In this document: piece after piece, positions 1 to 12,795 of the stretch
Layout of the letters: every line of letters begins with the position of its first letter
Numbering within the stretch: the first letter of the stretch is position 1
NCBI RefSeq assembly: GCF_036321535.1
Contig: NC_087436.1
Span: forward strand, 56,174,001-56,238,000
Reading direction: 5' to 3'
Length of the DNA stretch: 64,000 nucleotides
Source of the DNA: Camelus dromedarius
Lineage: Eukaryota
Notes under the pieces: generated by a model
Seen by the model: only the letters and a program-made list of their open reading frames with translations
The model's database searches: none
Told to the model about the DNA's origin: nothing
Translations under genes and position numbers: made by a program

Positions 1-289
1 AGGCACGCTTCAGATCAGGGAGGAGCTGGTATGCCAGGCACATGAGCCTGGATTTACCTCATAGGAAATAAGGAGGAGCTTTAGGGTTTGAAATAGAGGA
101 CTAGATATCAGTTATCCAGAAATAAAGATAAGCACTGTTCCTAACTCTTGGCCTTTCTTTCTAGCAGGGAAGAAATTTAAACAAGAAGAGTAGTGAGCAG
201 TGGGAGGTGATGTTAGTGGTTAATGTCCAAGATTTGAGTTGCTTTTAGAAAGGAAGCAAAGGTTAGCAATTATGAGGCTTTGAAATGTT

Positions 290-460
290 CTTGCAAGAAT
301 TGATGATGACATTGGAATCAGAAATGGAGAAAAAGAGGCAGATTCAAGAAGCATGTAGGTCATAAAGTTAGTAGGACTTGTTGCTGTCTTCATGTCAGAA
401 GTAGGGGAGAGGAAAGAGTCAGTGACAGTTCTTAGATTTCTGGCTTGGGGAAATCCTAGG
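290..460 (-). mobile_element. L2 fragment
   Basis: Purine-rich L2 antisense motifs (GAGAGGAAAGAGTCAGTGACAG...AGATTTCTGGCTTGGG). Confidence 0.5.
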
Positions 461-1589
461 CAAGATGGACTGTTTCGTAGCTGTGAAATTCCCTGTACCC
501 TTGAACTTCATTATTGACTTATGGGCTACTGTGTTTTTCAACTGTACTGTTAATAAATTATTTCAGTAAATTTAAGGAATAACTTCTTCACTTTAAAGTC
601 ACTAAACAGAGTTTCTAATTTGTGTAGGAAATCTCAGGTTAGAGTTTTTTTAATGGTTATGTTATGTAATATATACATTAGTCCATGATTTAGACCATCA
701 TTGATCATTGTTATTTTTAGGTCTTAATTGTGTCGATGAACATTGTACCCATAAACCAAGTATTCTTATTTTCAATGTATTTCCATAGATTTTATTTCCG
801 GTTTCCAAAATTACGAATTTAATTCATATTCTTAATTTGGTGTTATTTCTCCTTCACTATCTCAGCCTAGTACTCTGATATGTTCAGTTTTTTTTTAGAA
901 TGCTTAAAAAAAATGATTGTATGTAAAACAAAATTAGCACACAGTTGAAATTCTTTGAAGCTGGGTTATGGGTAATTGAGATTCTTTTCTATCATTTTGC
1001 ATAGACTTGAGAATTTCCATCATAGTTAAAAATGTACATAGATTTTTGATAAATAGATAGATATGGATAGATTATACCCTGATAATTCGAATTATCATAA
1101 CACATTATCTATGGAAATGACATTAATTTTCTTCATAATTCTTGAAACAAGTAATCAATTTTAGATGTGTTCACTTCAACTGAGAGAAAGTTTTAGAGCC
1201 AACTGGATATGTGTTTGAGCCCAGCTGCAGTAAGGAATACAAAAATAATTGGGACTCTCAAATTGCATTAAAGGATTTTTACAATTGAACAGCCAAGAAT
1301 GGTTTTCTCTGGGAGGATTAAGAATAGGTTTTTCGGTGGTATTGAGATAAGCTTTGAAGAGTCAGTAGGGAACAAGGCATTATGTGCAGAGTGAATATAT
1401 GGAAGTGAGAAAAAAATTTTAAAGCTATGTCTATGGGATATGGAATTACCCAATTTAGCTTTGGTAAAGTGGTGGTATAAATAAGCTGAAAGTTAAATTA
1501 ATTTGGGGCCACATTTTGCTGAATACTGAAAGTTTCCAGTGGAAGCTGTTATGATTCCACTTTCTGTTTAGAAATGTTAACCGAGTGAT

Positions 1590-3240
1590 GTGGTATAGAT
1601 GCTATTGTGAAGGGAAAGTCAGGACCAAGCCAAACCAGTAACAAGGGTCTTGTAATGATTGTCATGAATGGAAGGAGGACTTCAGCTGGAGTTCTGGTGA
1701 TGAAGGGGGACTAAGGGTTGATGGTGAGAGAGACAATGTAGAGGAGATTTCATGTGCTGTACATGTAGGTGGGCTCACCTTGATGGGGAGATGCGGCTCC
1801 ACACTTGCTTTTGACTGTGAGAGTATTATAGTCAGAAATAAGCAGTTGAGTCAAAAGAAGAAGGTAGTTTTTGAGGGGAGATAAGTTTATCTGATGTTGA
1901 TGCTGAGGCTAGAGTGTTAAACAAAATGGGTAAAATTTCTGATTTCATGAAGCTTAGAGTTTTGTGAGAAGGGAAAACAAAATAAGCAACTAACTTAGTG
2001 CACAAGCTAATTTGAGATAGTGATGGGTGATAAGAAGAAATCAAAGAACATGACATGTTCTTGGAGAGAGACATCAAGAGACTGAGATTGGGTGGTCAAC
2101 AATCTCTCTCTGTCCAGGAGGCATCTTCCTGGAACCTAAGTGTCAAGAAGGAGAGGGACAATCTTTTCTAGAGAAACAGAGAGCAAGTGCAAAATGCCCT
2201 TGGGTGGGACTGCATTAGGTGTGTTCAGAGAAACAATTACCAGTCTGTCTGTCCCGAGCTTAGCGAGGAAAGGACGGGAGGGTTGGAAAGGCGACATTGA
2301 GGCTGGCAGCAGTCAGATCAAGCGGGTCCTTGTTGGCCTTGGTAAAGAGTCTAATTTCATTCTCAGTCAATGCAAAGGCATTGAAGGATTTTAAGAAGCA
2401 CGCAGGTGGGGGTAGAAGGTTGTATATGTGTGACCTGATCTGATAATTGTAGCCAGAGTTATGGATGAAATGCCCAAGGGAGCGACTAAAGGAGAGAACC
2501 TGGTAAGTATCTCACCGTATTCAAGCAGCAAAGAAAAAGAAGAAAGGTCAAAGAGGTAGGGCAGGGAGCAATCGAGTGCTAATGCACAGTCCCCAAGAGA
2601 GGAGGAAGTTTCAAAAAGGAGGGAGTGGTGCAATGAAGCCAAGTTTCAAAAGAGGCCAAGAGGTTGAAGAGGCCCCGTCATCAGATATATCATATTATTT
2701 CCCACTCACCAAATGTTATAAATCCAACTTTGATTACTGAGGGAATGTATTTAGTCCAAAGCTGTGCACCCCTCATGATATATGGCATTTACACTTACAT
2801 AGAACAGAAAATTTTTTTGTTATGAGAACTGGATCCATACTTATAAACACTGTAGGAACACCTTCCAAATATGTATATTTCTGTTGCATTTTGTGCAAGG
2901 ATTTCTTCTCATGGTTTCTATTGATAGAGTTATTCCTATGTGCTTTTATTCTCTCCTGTAGAACTTCTTTAGGAACAACAATTAAAATGGAAAAAAAAAA
3001 CCAAACCCTGAAGTTCATGCCAGGCACTGGACTAGGTATCAGTTATGCAGAAATGAATAAGATATGCACTGTGCCTGACATTTGACCCTGCCTTCTAGTG
3101 GTGAAGAAATATAAACAGGAAGAAGAGGAGAGAGCAATAGGAGGTGATATGAGGGGTTTATGTCCAGGATTCAAAGTGCGGAGGCTTTCAGAAGAATGGA
3201 TGTTTGGTAGCTGAAAGATGAGTAAGAGTTACAAAACACT
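1590..3240 (-). mobile_element. Cluster of degenerate L2 fragments
   Basis: L2 antisense motifs such as AGCAAGTGCAAAATGCCCT, GGTAAAGAGTCTAATTTCATTCTCAGTCAATG and TGCCAGGCACTGGACTAGGT...AATGAATAAGA. Boundaries approximate. Confidence 0.55.
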
Positions 3241-3259
3241 ATGGTGAAGTTGTGGGAAA

Positions 3260-3338
3260 TGTGACGGCCAGGTTCATGTGTCAGCTTGCCCAGGCTACAG
3301 TTCCCAGTTATTCAATCAAACCCTAATCCAGGTGTTGT
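3260..3338 (+). mobile_element. MLT2-type (ERVL) LTR 5' end, about 80 bp
   Basis: TGTGACGGCCAGGTTCATGTGTCAGCTTGCCCAGGCTACAGTTCCCAGTTATTCAATCAAACCCTAATCCAGGTGTTG resembles the recalled MLT2 5' terminus. Confidence 0.75.
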
Positions 3339-3548
3339 TCAGGGAAGCCTTAGCTCTGTTATTAGGCCTTTCAAAGGATGGAATCAGGCACACTCAGATT
3401 ATCTAGGATAATTTCTCTTACTCAGGGAAACTAATTTTGTACTTAATCACATCCAGAAAATACTTTCACAGCAGCATCTAGTTAGTGTTTGATGGAGTAA
3501 TTGGGGAATGTATTCCTGGCCAGGTTACCACATAAAACTGACCATTCC
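3339..3548 (-). mobile_element. MLT2-type (ERVL) LTR 5' part, about 210 bp, inverted relative to the preceding piece
   Basis: Reverse complement reads ATGGTCAGTTTTATGTGGTAACCTGGCCAGG...TCAAACACTAACTAGATGCTGCTGTGAAAGTATTTT...GATAATCTGAGTGTGCCTGATTCC...GGCTTCCCTGA. Confidence 0.75.
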
Positions 3549-4429
3549 TAGAGAGTATTCCTGGAAAGAGGTAAGCATGTGCTAATTGAATATAATGCTG
3601 AATTTTCAAATCTTTGTTGGATTCTTTTAAACTACAAATCATACTTTTAGTTAACTAGTAAGGATTAACCTTAAGTTTATGTTGTCTTATCTATTAATTG
3701 TTTGATTTCTGTAATATTCTTCTGAGTGATCTTGTTTTATTCTTTAGATTCCTGACATTCAAAATAATAGTACAGGATTTGTAAATCTAACCATAAACAG
3801 AGAGTAAGAAAACGGTAGAACTTTTTTCTTAATTCACTGTGTAAGTCTCTATACATATTAGCAAACCTGTCTGACATCTGAAAATTAAGCACTTTAAAGT
3901 GAAAGTCAAGTACTAGTGAATTATAAACACGTTATTTACAAAATCAGACTAGTAGACCATTTTTATTATAAATTCGGATTATCATAAATTTAATATCTTT
4001 TATTTCACTATTTCTTTTTATAAGAAAAATTCCATTGAGAGATAAAGTGCAGCTTCAGCTATAAGAGCTAGGACGGTCCTGAGATATAGAAGATGATCCA
4101 CAAATATTTATTTTTGAACAAATTTTGAGTAAGAGAGTAAACTATTTTAGTTCAAAGTCAAGGGTCACAGAGATCAGGAAGTTAGGGCAATGGAAAACTA
4201 AGAGGAAAATGAGATGAAATGAGGCAGAATGTAATAAATGCTATGTAGCTACAAGCAACACGGTCTCTGAATACAAGTTTTAGTGCAGTCATCTAAGGCT
4301 TTGTGAATCAGTATCAGTTTAATTTAGTGAAGAAGCCTGTAGTGGTTCTTCTAGGCTGAAGCAATAGGTTACACATGGGATTATTTGATTTCTTCATTTT
4401 TTAATTTGAGTACACATTACTCAAAAACA

Positions 4430-4608
4430 CATTAAAAAATAGAAATTATCCATAATCTAGCATTTGAAAAACCTGCTCCAAATAGAAGATATAAGTTCTC
4501 CCTAAAGCTCTCCAACTCTTCTCCCCAGAAGTCATGACTGTTAACATTTTTGAGCTTTGGCTTCTTAGCTATGCCTTATGCCTCTTTTTGTGATTTATCC
4601 ATGTAGCC

Positions 4609-4658
<50 letters not shown>

Positions 4659-5260
4659 CTTTCTCTCCTCTCTCCCTCCTTTTGTCTTTCTCTCTTTTCT
4701 TTCTTCCTTAACAAAATGTGGCATTATTCTATACAGATTGGTCGGAACCTTGTTTTATTTGCTCGAATAATGGATGCCCTTCTAGTTTAGTACATACAAA
4801 GCTGCCTCCTCATTTTTATTTTCATTGGTGAAGCAGTGTTCTGTTGGAGGGATATATAATGAATAATTATCTAACCATTCTTCAGTTAGTTGTTAGTTGT
4901 TCTTAGTATGATTTAAATAGTTAATTACAGCTGACTTTCGTTGTAATGGATCATTTTTTAAAAAATAAACAATGCTGCAGTGAACATCTTTGTATGTATT
5001 TACATTTTGATGACATGTCTATAACATGGATTCCAAGAAATGGGATAACCTATTTGGAGGGATGCGTAGGTTTAATTTTTTTTATGTTGTCAAATATTCT
5101 CTATCATGATGCCAATTTACACTACAGCCAGTATATGTAAATACACATTTCCTCAACACCTCATCAATCATTTAGTATTTTTAGCTAATATAATAAGCAA
5201 AAAAACTTACCACTTTACTTTACATTGTATCTATTGTTATTTGAAGAAGGGAGCAAATGT
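4430..5260 (-). mobile_element. Old L1 (L1ME-like) 3' region, interrupted by an (AC)n repeat
   Basis: Antisense L1 motifs AAACAATGCTGCAGTGAACATCTTTGTA, GGATTCCAAGAAATGGGATAA and CCAATTTACACT...CAGCCAGTATATG. Confidence 0.55.
4613..4656. repeat. (AC)22 microsatellite
   Basis: Perfect dinucleotide run read directly. Confidence 0.97.
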
Positions 5261-7150
5261 ATCTTTGAAAAAATTTTCTAAGAGCATGGTACATAGATCA
5301 CATGGCAGAGGTAGAGATTGTATGCAGGAAAACACTTAGGAGAATTTTATATTAGTAAAAAATCCGAAATAATAAAGGCTTAAACTGGGGCAGAAGGAGG
5401 TGCCTTTCTTTCACAGATAAGTGCATGTCAAATAGCATGCTGACTTCATGTCGCTATTAATAATATATGGGCATTATTTGGGTATTATTTTTTTAAGAGC
5501 TGAGAAAACCTTTTTTCTTTTGGAGTTAGAAATTGTGCAGTACCTCCAATTGTGCAATATATGTAAGGCATTATATATTCAGCTACTTAAATTTAAATGA
5601 TAAGTCCATTAATATGTTGCTTGAAATATAGACCATAGTCTTTGTCTTCCAATGGATATTTTAATCAAAATATTAAAAATAAGCTGGAGTTTCATTCAAA
5701 TAGTTAATTCCAGTTGCCTTTTGTTGTAATATATCATGAATTATCTCTCTGATGGATGGGCAGCCAAATGCAGATAAAATTAGCTTTGCAGTCATTCATT
5801 TTAAATTGCTTTTTGAATCATTTGGAAGTAAATTCCATTCCAGAAGAATACGCTTCAGGTCTCAGACAAAGAGATAATAGTCCTTTATTTTATGATGTAA
5901 GCAATGATAGTTTAAGTCTTATGATTCAGAAATATAGAAACTTATATATTAAGTTGATGAGAATTAAGGCTTGATATATAGTAATAAAACCAGAAACTTA
6001 GAGCTTCTGAGATTGATGTTCATAGCATAATATTTCCTGTCAAGAATTAGGGGGAATGAAAGTCTATAAAAATAATACATGGTGCAAAGTTTTCTCTTCT
6101 TGTATGTAAATGAAAAAATAAAAGTCTGTATGAGATAACAGAAAGGGAAATGCTGAGATTTACCTGATATCAAGATAAAAATGACAATATCATTGTTGGG
6201 TAATGGTAGAAAGTGGAAAATTAAGTCAAATGTTAGGGGGCAATAAAATGAATAATAATGTTACATCTAAATCAAAAAGGCAATTACAGCTTTACGTTAA
6301 TACTGAATTCAATGTACAGAATAAAACCAACTTCGGAAATTTTACTTTGTTAATCTGAATGAACTCTAAGTAGAAAATTGTTTAGCGATTTAATTAATCA
6401 AGTCATTTTGCCCAAATAACGTAATGCAAGCCATAGCTGCATCTGGAGTGTGCCTTTATACAACACGTGATAGTTTAGGATAACTGTGGCATGGTGTCAG
6501 AAATAACTTCACAGTCTGAAGCTGCTATTCACAAATTGAGTTCCTATCATCTCCCTGAAGACTTCAGGAGGCTCTATGGATATTTATATAAAGAAATAAA
6601 GTAGTAAGAGGATGCACTCACTATTCTCCCTGGCTGAAAAATCAAATTGTTCTTTTATAACTTCAAGTTTTACAGCAGGACCTTACTAGTATCAAAAAGC
6701 TAGTTTATTTCTGTAGTAAAATGAATTGCATGATAGGAACTGATCTCAGTAAACAGTCCACCAGTTCAAGGTAGAATCTCAAATCTTATTTGTTATTCTC
6801 ACGTACTAAACAGCCCTCTAGTGCCCTGAAAAAGTTAACCTTGGTGTGGCAGGGATTTTACTTGTTTTGGATCAGGCCCATGGATGAGCACTGGAGTACA
6901 TCCAAAGGGAAAGCCAGGAACAGATAAAACCACACACTTTCCCTTGTACACCATTGCAAACTCACTTGCTTAAAGAATTGATCAGCGCCTGAGTTTCTCA
7001 GTCTAAAAAGCCATGTCTTCTGGAAAACATCTAATCATTGTTAAGAAGCTGGGAAATACCAAGTAAGTTCTGAAGTGAATATCCCCTAAAAAAGATGTAA
7101 TTTCAATTCTCGGACTTCACATGAATGCTCAGTTAACTGACATTTGGAGA

Positions 7151-7310
7151 CAGGGCCAGCTTCGGGGGGGTGTGACCTGTGCTGTCACACAGGACCTGTG
7201 CTTGATTTAATGCTCTGCTGTCACCATCTCAGAATTCTTAATACATTTTTTACAAAGATCCCCAAATTTTCATTTTGCACTGGGCCACAAAGACTTCATA
7301 GCCAGTCCAG
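7151..7310. mobile_element. MER45A-like hAT-Tip100 MITE
   Basis: Starts CAGGGCCAGCTTC and ends GCCAGTCCAG; internal TTTAATGCTCTGCTGTCACCATCT and TTTTCATTTTGCACTGGGCC. 8-bp TSD TTTGGAGA (7143-7150) / TTTGTAGA (7311-7318). Confidence 0.85.
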
Positions 7311-10300
7311 TTTGTAGATCTTACTATTGTTATGACACCTTATATTTGTAAATGAATTTGAGGCACTGGAAACTCTAAAATATCTTGTGAATCTGTTAGG
7401 AATGATCAAAATTACCGTTAATAAAAGATTTTTATTGACCTCCTATGAGTGCCTGGCACTATATTAGAATTACGGAAAATAAAAATGTAAATGATAGTGT
7501 CCCGGTCTTCAAAGAGCTTTCATACTAGTGTTAAGCATTGTTATGTATACTTCTGGCTTTTGAAAATGGGGAATAGTTGGATAACTCTGGTGGCCAAAAC
7601 TGAAACGTAGATTTCTCCATATGTGAGAGGCAAATCCATAGTGCGGGACAGCTAACTGTTCAATAAGAGGTATTAGTAGAAGATCATCTGCAGATGGTAA
7701 CTTTTTCCGTATTAAACATACATGGTATTTGAGATGATCACTTTTTTCTTGTTAAATACATATAGATGTAACCACGCTGGATTTTTAAGTACTCATTTTC
7801 CTTATAATTTTGGATAAAGAGAATTGACTTGCTTGTTTGATTTTTTAAAATTACTCTAGAAAAAGTATGATGAAATTTCATAAAAAGGCAATGTATGAAA
7901 TAATACTGACGTCATTTTTTGTCTAGAGCAAAGAAAGTGTTCTCTTAGTATACTAAACCTGATGGTGGGTAAGTTGTTATCTGGGCCAATTTCCATGGTG
8001 GGGCATGATACCCAGGCCATCTGTTGCAAAGGAAGAGGGGAAGAATTTCACAACAGCCTGTGAACCTACTGATAATCAGCCCATTTGCACCTTATGTCTA
8101 TTTCAATGTACATATTTTACTGACTCAGGGCCTTGAAAATTATCTTTATAAATGTCATTCTTACCCCCGAATTGAGTACTAGAAGTGATGTACCATATTT
8201 CCCAATGTGAATTAATCTAGAGCATAGACTTAAATATACTGTGTATGTATTATAGGAAATACTAATAAACTCATATGCTGTGACTGGTTGAGGCATCTCT
8301 TTAGATCAAATTTAAGAGAAGTGCTTCATACAGAGACTAGAATGATATATTAAAGAAATACTGGATTTACGACGTGATGAAAACTCTTCATATGATAGAA
8401 ATCGTTCCTAAGAAGTTACACATTAAGTGTTATTTAACAAACACCTTGAAAAATCAACACTTTATGAAGCCTCAAACCAAGACATGGAATTATTTCTCTT
8501 TCTTTATTTGTAGTGATTCTTTCATCTTAAAATTCAAAATGAAGGAAATGCAAAATTAGTTTGTCCATACATTTTCTAAATACATCAAATCATTGTTTTT
8601 TTCCGGGACTTAACAGAGCCCAAAACACAAATGTGACTTTTCCTCAACTTCCATTAGTCTTCCCAGTAGTTTACAAAGAAATAATCAGAAGAAAAAAATT
8701 TTTTGAAATGACTAAAGCAAGTTGTATCATTTCATTCACATTTTAACTTAACTGAGGTCAGGGATGAAGTGAAGAATAAAGAGATACATGCTTTGGCAAG
8801 GCAGGGTTGTCAGTTTTTAGTGATTCTCTGTCTTTCTGTACGATGTGAATGCATAAGTACTTTTGCTACATTATTGAGTAAGTAGACAACCATCTGATAT
8901 CTTGCAGTCATCATTCCTTCTAAAGGAGCATGTCTCACTTTCTAAAACAATGACTGAAAGGCTTTTTATATTTTGCATGTGTGAAAAAATATATTGTTAT
9001 GAAATACATACACATGTTGTACGTGTAAATATATATACCAATAGTAAAAAAAAAAATCGAGTTGACCCTCTGCGTTCATGAGTAATATAATTAAAAACAA
9101 CAGATAACATTTTACAAAACTGGAGTCTGATATTTTGTGGCACTTTATTGATTATCAGCACTGTCCATCATTATGTAAACAGTAAGTGCTTCAGAAGAGA
9201 AAAACAAGGAAAAATGAAATAAGGCCTTCAAGACATCAGCTTTGTGCTGATGAATCTGTCAACACCGCAGTTCCCCATTCTTTTGCCTTTCTGAACTATG
9301 TTTATTAAAGCAGTCTTAAGTGTTCTTGCGTATTGAGTAAAGAAACTCAAATTGATGGAAATGAGGTTATTCTTTTAGTAAGCTGGCAGTTTGGATTGTT
9401 GATGTTCAACAATGGAAACACCAGAAATCATGCCCTGCCAGAAGAAAGCAAATTAAAGAAGCATAATGAGAAAGCAAGTTAGAGACAGGAAATACCATTT
9501 ACATTACAAGCTCAAGAATTTATAATTATGGAGCAGCTCTGAAAGCTAGTTTTGTCTGTGATGCAGGTGAAGCCAGTTTTACCGCAAAACAATTTGGTAG
9601 AGACCAGACTTCATTACTATCTGACAGCTGTCTCATGTCGTAAATTTAAAAAGTCCTAAGCCAGGTTTCTTAGTGGACAGTTGTCCCCTTTACCAATGGC
9701 TGTCTCCCAAAACAGGGCAACAACTGAATGAAGGACGAAATTAGTTCCAAGATAACATCTTAGCAACCAGTCTTTAACTGGTTTTAACCAACACCATAAC
9801 CTGTATTTGCTGCTGAAAATGTGTACTTTTAAAGAACTTGTAAAAACTTTTAATTTTGGCCTCGGAGTTTTAACCTTACTTATTAGCCTAGGGTGCTTAT
9901 TCAGCTTAGGGAATTAATAATAGTTCTGTTCTCCGCTGTCCCTCATAGGAAGAAAATTATCATGCCTAACTTAATTCATAATATATTAGAAAGACTCCTT
10001 TTACTTTGACTTGCGTGAAATATGTTAATAGGGTTTTTAAAGGCGCTTTTATTATTTTATGTTTTTATTAGGAATCAGACAGAATCCAATTTAAAGAAAA
10101 ACATACCTCAAAGTATGCAAATATCTCAAGTGGTTTTTGGGTTTTCCTTATTCAGTAGTGTTGGAACAGCAGGAGGGGAGCAATGTGTTTGATAAATTTC
10201 AGTGCTATAAAAAATGAGACTATTCTTCATGTTAACACTCTAATATTATTAATATTCTAATGGGAATAGGTTTGACTAGTCATATAACACATATGATATC

Positions 10301-10654
10301 TGAGGTGTAGTTTCCAAATAAGACTAAATAGCATTGCTGGACTCTAGGCTCTACTGTGGATCTACTATTGGCTGACTTGATATTCATCTATATCTATAAG
10401 TGCTGAAAATAATTCTAAGCTTAATAAATATTTTTGGATGATTTTGGATGAATGAATGTATATGTCATGAAGTGGCATCTTTTGAAAATAATGGCAGATT
10501 TGAATCTGAACTTAAAGATCCTTAATTCATGTTTCTAGTATTTCATCTTGGCTCCTTGCAAAGGATTTAAGGTTTACCTAAGAGACTTAAACTTTTCAGA
10601 TGAACTTTTCTAATAAAATTGCTTTTGCTTTGTCAGGTCTCAAGGGTAACACTG

Positions 10655-10895
10655 TGTAGTGGGAGGTATAGTGCTATGTGGGGAAGATCACAGTTTTTGA
10701 GGGAGACGAAACCTGGGTTTTGATCCAAGTTCTGCTATTTACTACCTGTGTTCTTAGGGCAAGAAAGTTATCTTCCTGGATATTGAGTTCTGCCATGAGT
10801 AAAAATGAGAATAATCATCTAAATCCTTAATTGAACAACCGATCAATAGACCTGACATACTGCCTTGTTCATAGGAGGCACTCAGATTACTTCGT
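10655..10895 (+). mobile_element. MIR SINE
   Basis: ACCTGGGTTTTGATCCAAGTTCTGCTATTTACTACCTGTG...GGGCAAG...AAAATGAGAATAAT core. Confidence 0.7.
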
Positions 10896-10914
10896 TAGAT
10901 GATTTACGAATCGT

Positions 10915-11540
10915 CGTTACCAGATCAGGTTTGTTTTGCCCAACGTGCAGCAAGCCAAAACACTCAGATGGTAAGGTTTGCAAGAAAGAGAGGGTTTATT
11001 TGCAAGGCAGTCAAGTGAGGAGAGGAGGAGCAAGTCTCAGAAACACCTCCCCGAAGGCAAAGGGCTGAGAGTTTTATGTGATAAAGTATAAAGAAGCAGG
11101 GCAGTCTGAGGCGTGGGAAGCGTGGGAAAAGGTGAGTGCAAAAAGCTGCAGTAATTGTTATGAGCAGTTGTAACTAAGCTACAGGCGTCTGGTCATTCAA
11201 AAATGAAGGGCCTACTTCATTTTTTTTAAAGGCTTACCAAAAACAAACAAACAAACAAAAAATGAAAGGGCTTAGCATGATGTGAGGGTGGAGTTTTGAC
11301 ATCAAAAAATCACCGGGCAGACACTTACACAAGCCCAGTTGGGAGGGTGAGTGGTCCTATCCAGTCTTAGCCAGCTCAGCTCAAACTAGACACAGCTGAC
11401 TCCAAGTTTCTGGAAAACAACTCAGGCAAGCATCTTATTGTTTAGACTATGTGCCTCTTGGAGGACATGCAGGTTCTTTGTAGAGCTTGATTAGTGAAGG
11501 CAGGTGAAATGGATTTGACTAAAAATTACCCACAGTTTCA
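10915..11540 (-). mobile_element. ERV1-class solo LTR (MER34/LTR39-like), antisense to UNC5C
   Basis: Bounded by (C/T)GTTACC...CAGTTTCA, with AATAAA on the minus strand near 10995-11000. Shares motifs with the LTR at 63197 (CACTnAGATG, GTTTATT, CCTCCCCG, AGCTGACTCCAA...AAACAACT). Confidence 0.75.
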
Positions 11541-11618
11541 TTATTTTTAAAAGAACAGCAAGTAAAAGGCAAATGGCTACAATGTTTTGAATATTTTTCA
11601 CTTTCTTTGTTTTACCAG

Positions 11619-11840
11619 ACGATGACTTTTTTCACGAACTCCCAGAAACCTTTCCGTCTGATCCACCTGAGCCTCTGCCACATTTCCTTATTGAGCCTGA
11701 AGAAGCTTATATTGTGAAGAATAAGCCTGTGAACCTGTATTGTAAAGCCAGCCCCGCCACCCAGATCTACTTCAAGTGCAATAGTGAATGGGTTCATCAG
11801 AAGGACCACATAGTAGATGAGAGAGTAGATGAAACCTCTG
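11619..11840 (+). CDS. UNC5C: UNC5C coding exon 2 (222 bp, phase 1 to phase 1), start of Ig-like domain 1
   Basis: Pyrimidine tract and ...TTTACCAG acceptor end at 11618; donor CTG|GTGAGT at 11841. Translates (D)[73 protein letters not shown](G), matching my recollection of mammalian UNC5C. Confidence 0.98.
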
Positions 11841-12589
11841 GTGAGTTTTCCATTGCATTTGGACTGTTGTTTAGGATTCACTTATTCCTTTGGCATGTTG
11901 TCATATTGTTCTTTCAATTATTGAAATTGAAAATGGAGTTAACTGTCCTTTGGCAAAAAGTTTTAAATCAGTTTGGTTAAGATTTAGTGATCTCATTCCA
12001 TGCATTTGAGAAGTACAATATGATGAATAACTTGACTTGATTCCAGTTGGACTACCTAGAATTAAAGCATGATTTATGCTTAAGAAGATAGATGATGAGA
12101 ATGAATAGACTGAATTATGGTATTTATTTATTTAGTAAAAGACGCCTCTGGATTTCACTTGTATGTCAAGTCTGGTGTCAGGTTTAAATATCCTGGGATT
12201 GAGGAACACGGTAAACTAAGGATAAATGGTACTTGTTTACATGACTGTCAAAAGTTAATAATTCACATGCATAATTTCCCTTTGTGTATTTTTAAACAAT
12301 TTGTAAACATTGTAGGTTTAAAGTATTCTGTGTCTTTAATTTATACCTAAAAATGAACCCTAATTACCTAACTCTTAGCAAAAGTTAGATTGAGAGTGAT
12401 TAAGAACAGTGATACTGTGGATCCAGGAAAAGAAGTGGTGAGTGCAGCCTTCACTTGAGTGGGTCTTGATCAGAGAATCTTTGCTTCTAGCATTATTAAA
12501 ACCCCTGACTTTATTGCTCTGTAAATATCCTTAACAGTAAAATACTGAAGGCATATAGAATATGAAGTAGATCTTCATAAACTGTGGGA

Positions 12590-12795
12590 TTTACATTGGC
12601 AATAAAGGAAACTTTCTTGATAGCAAATTTTTATTCCACAGTGGGTAACTTAAGATAGTTGTAGAAACTCCTAGAGTTATTTTAAATTAGAAAGATGTAT
12701 ATCTTTCTGAGATGGTTTAAGGGTTTTTTTTTCTCTCCAGCAGGGAGAATAACAATTTGAACTTTCAGATCCCTTCCAGATCTAATATTAAGACT
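12590..12795 (+). mobile_element. Possible L3/CR1 3' end
   Basis: Ends in AGATCCCTTCCAGATCTAATATT, resembling the CR1/L3 3' terminus; highly degenerate. Confidence 0.4.

Noticed and set aside
11714..11980. Track ORFs 11714-11980 and 39065-39256 as stand-alone genes
   Set aside because: They are UNC5C exons read through their GT donors into intron; the true boundaries are given in the features.
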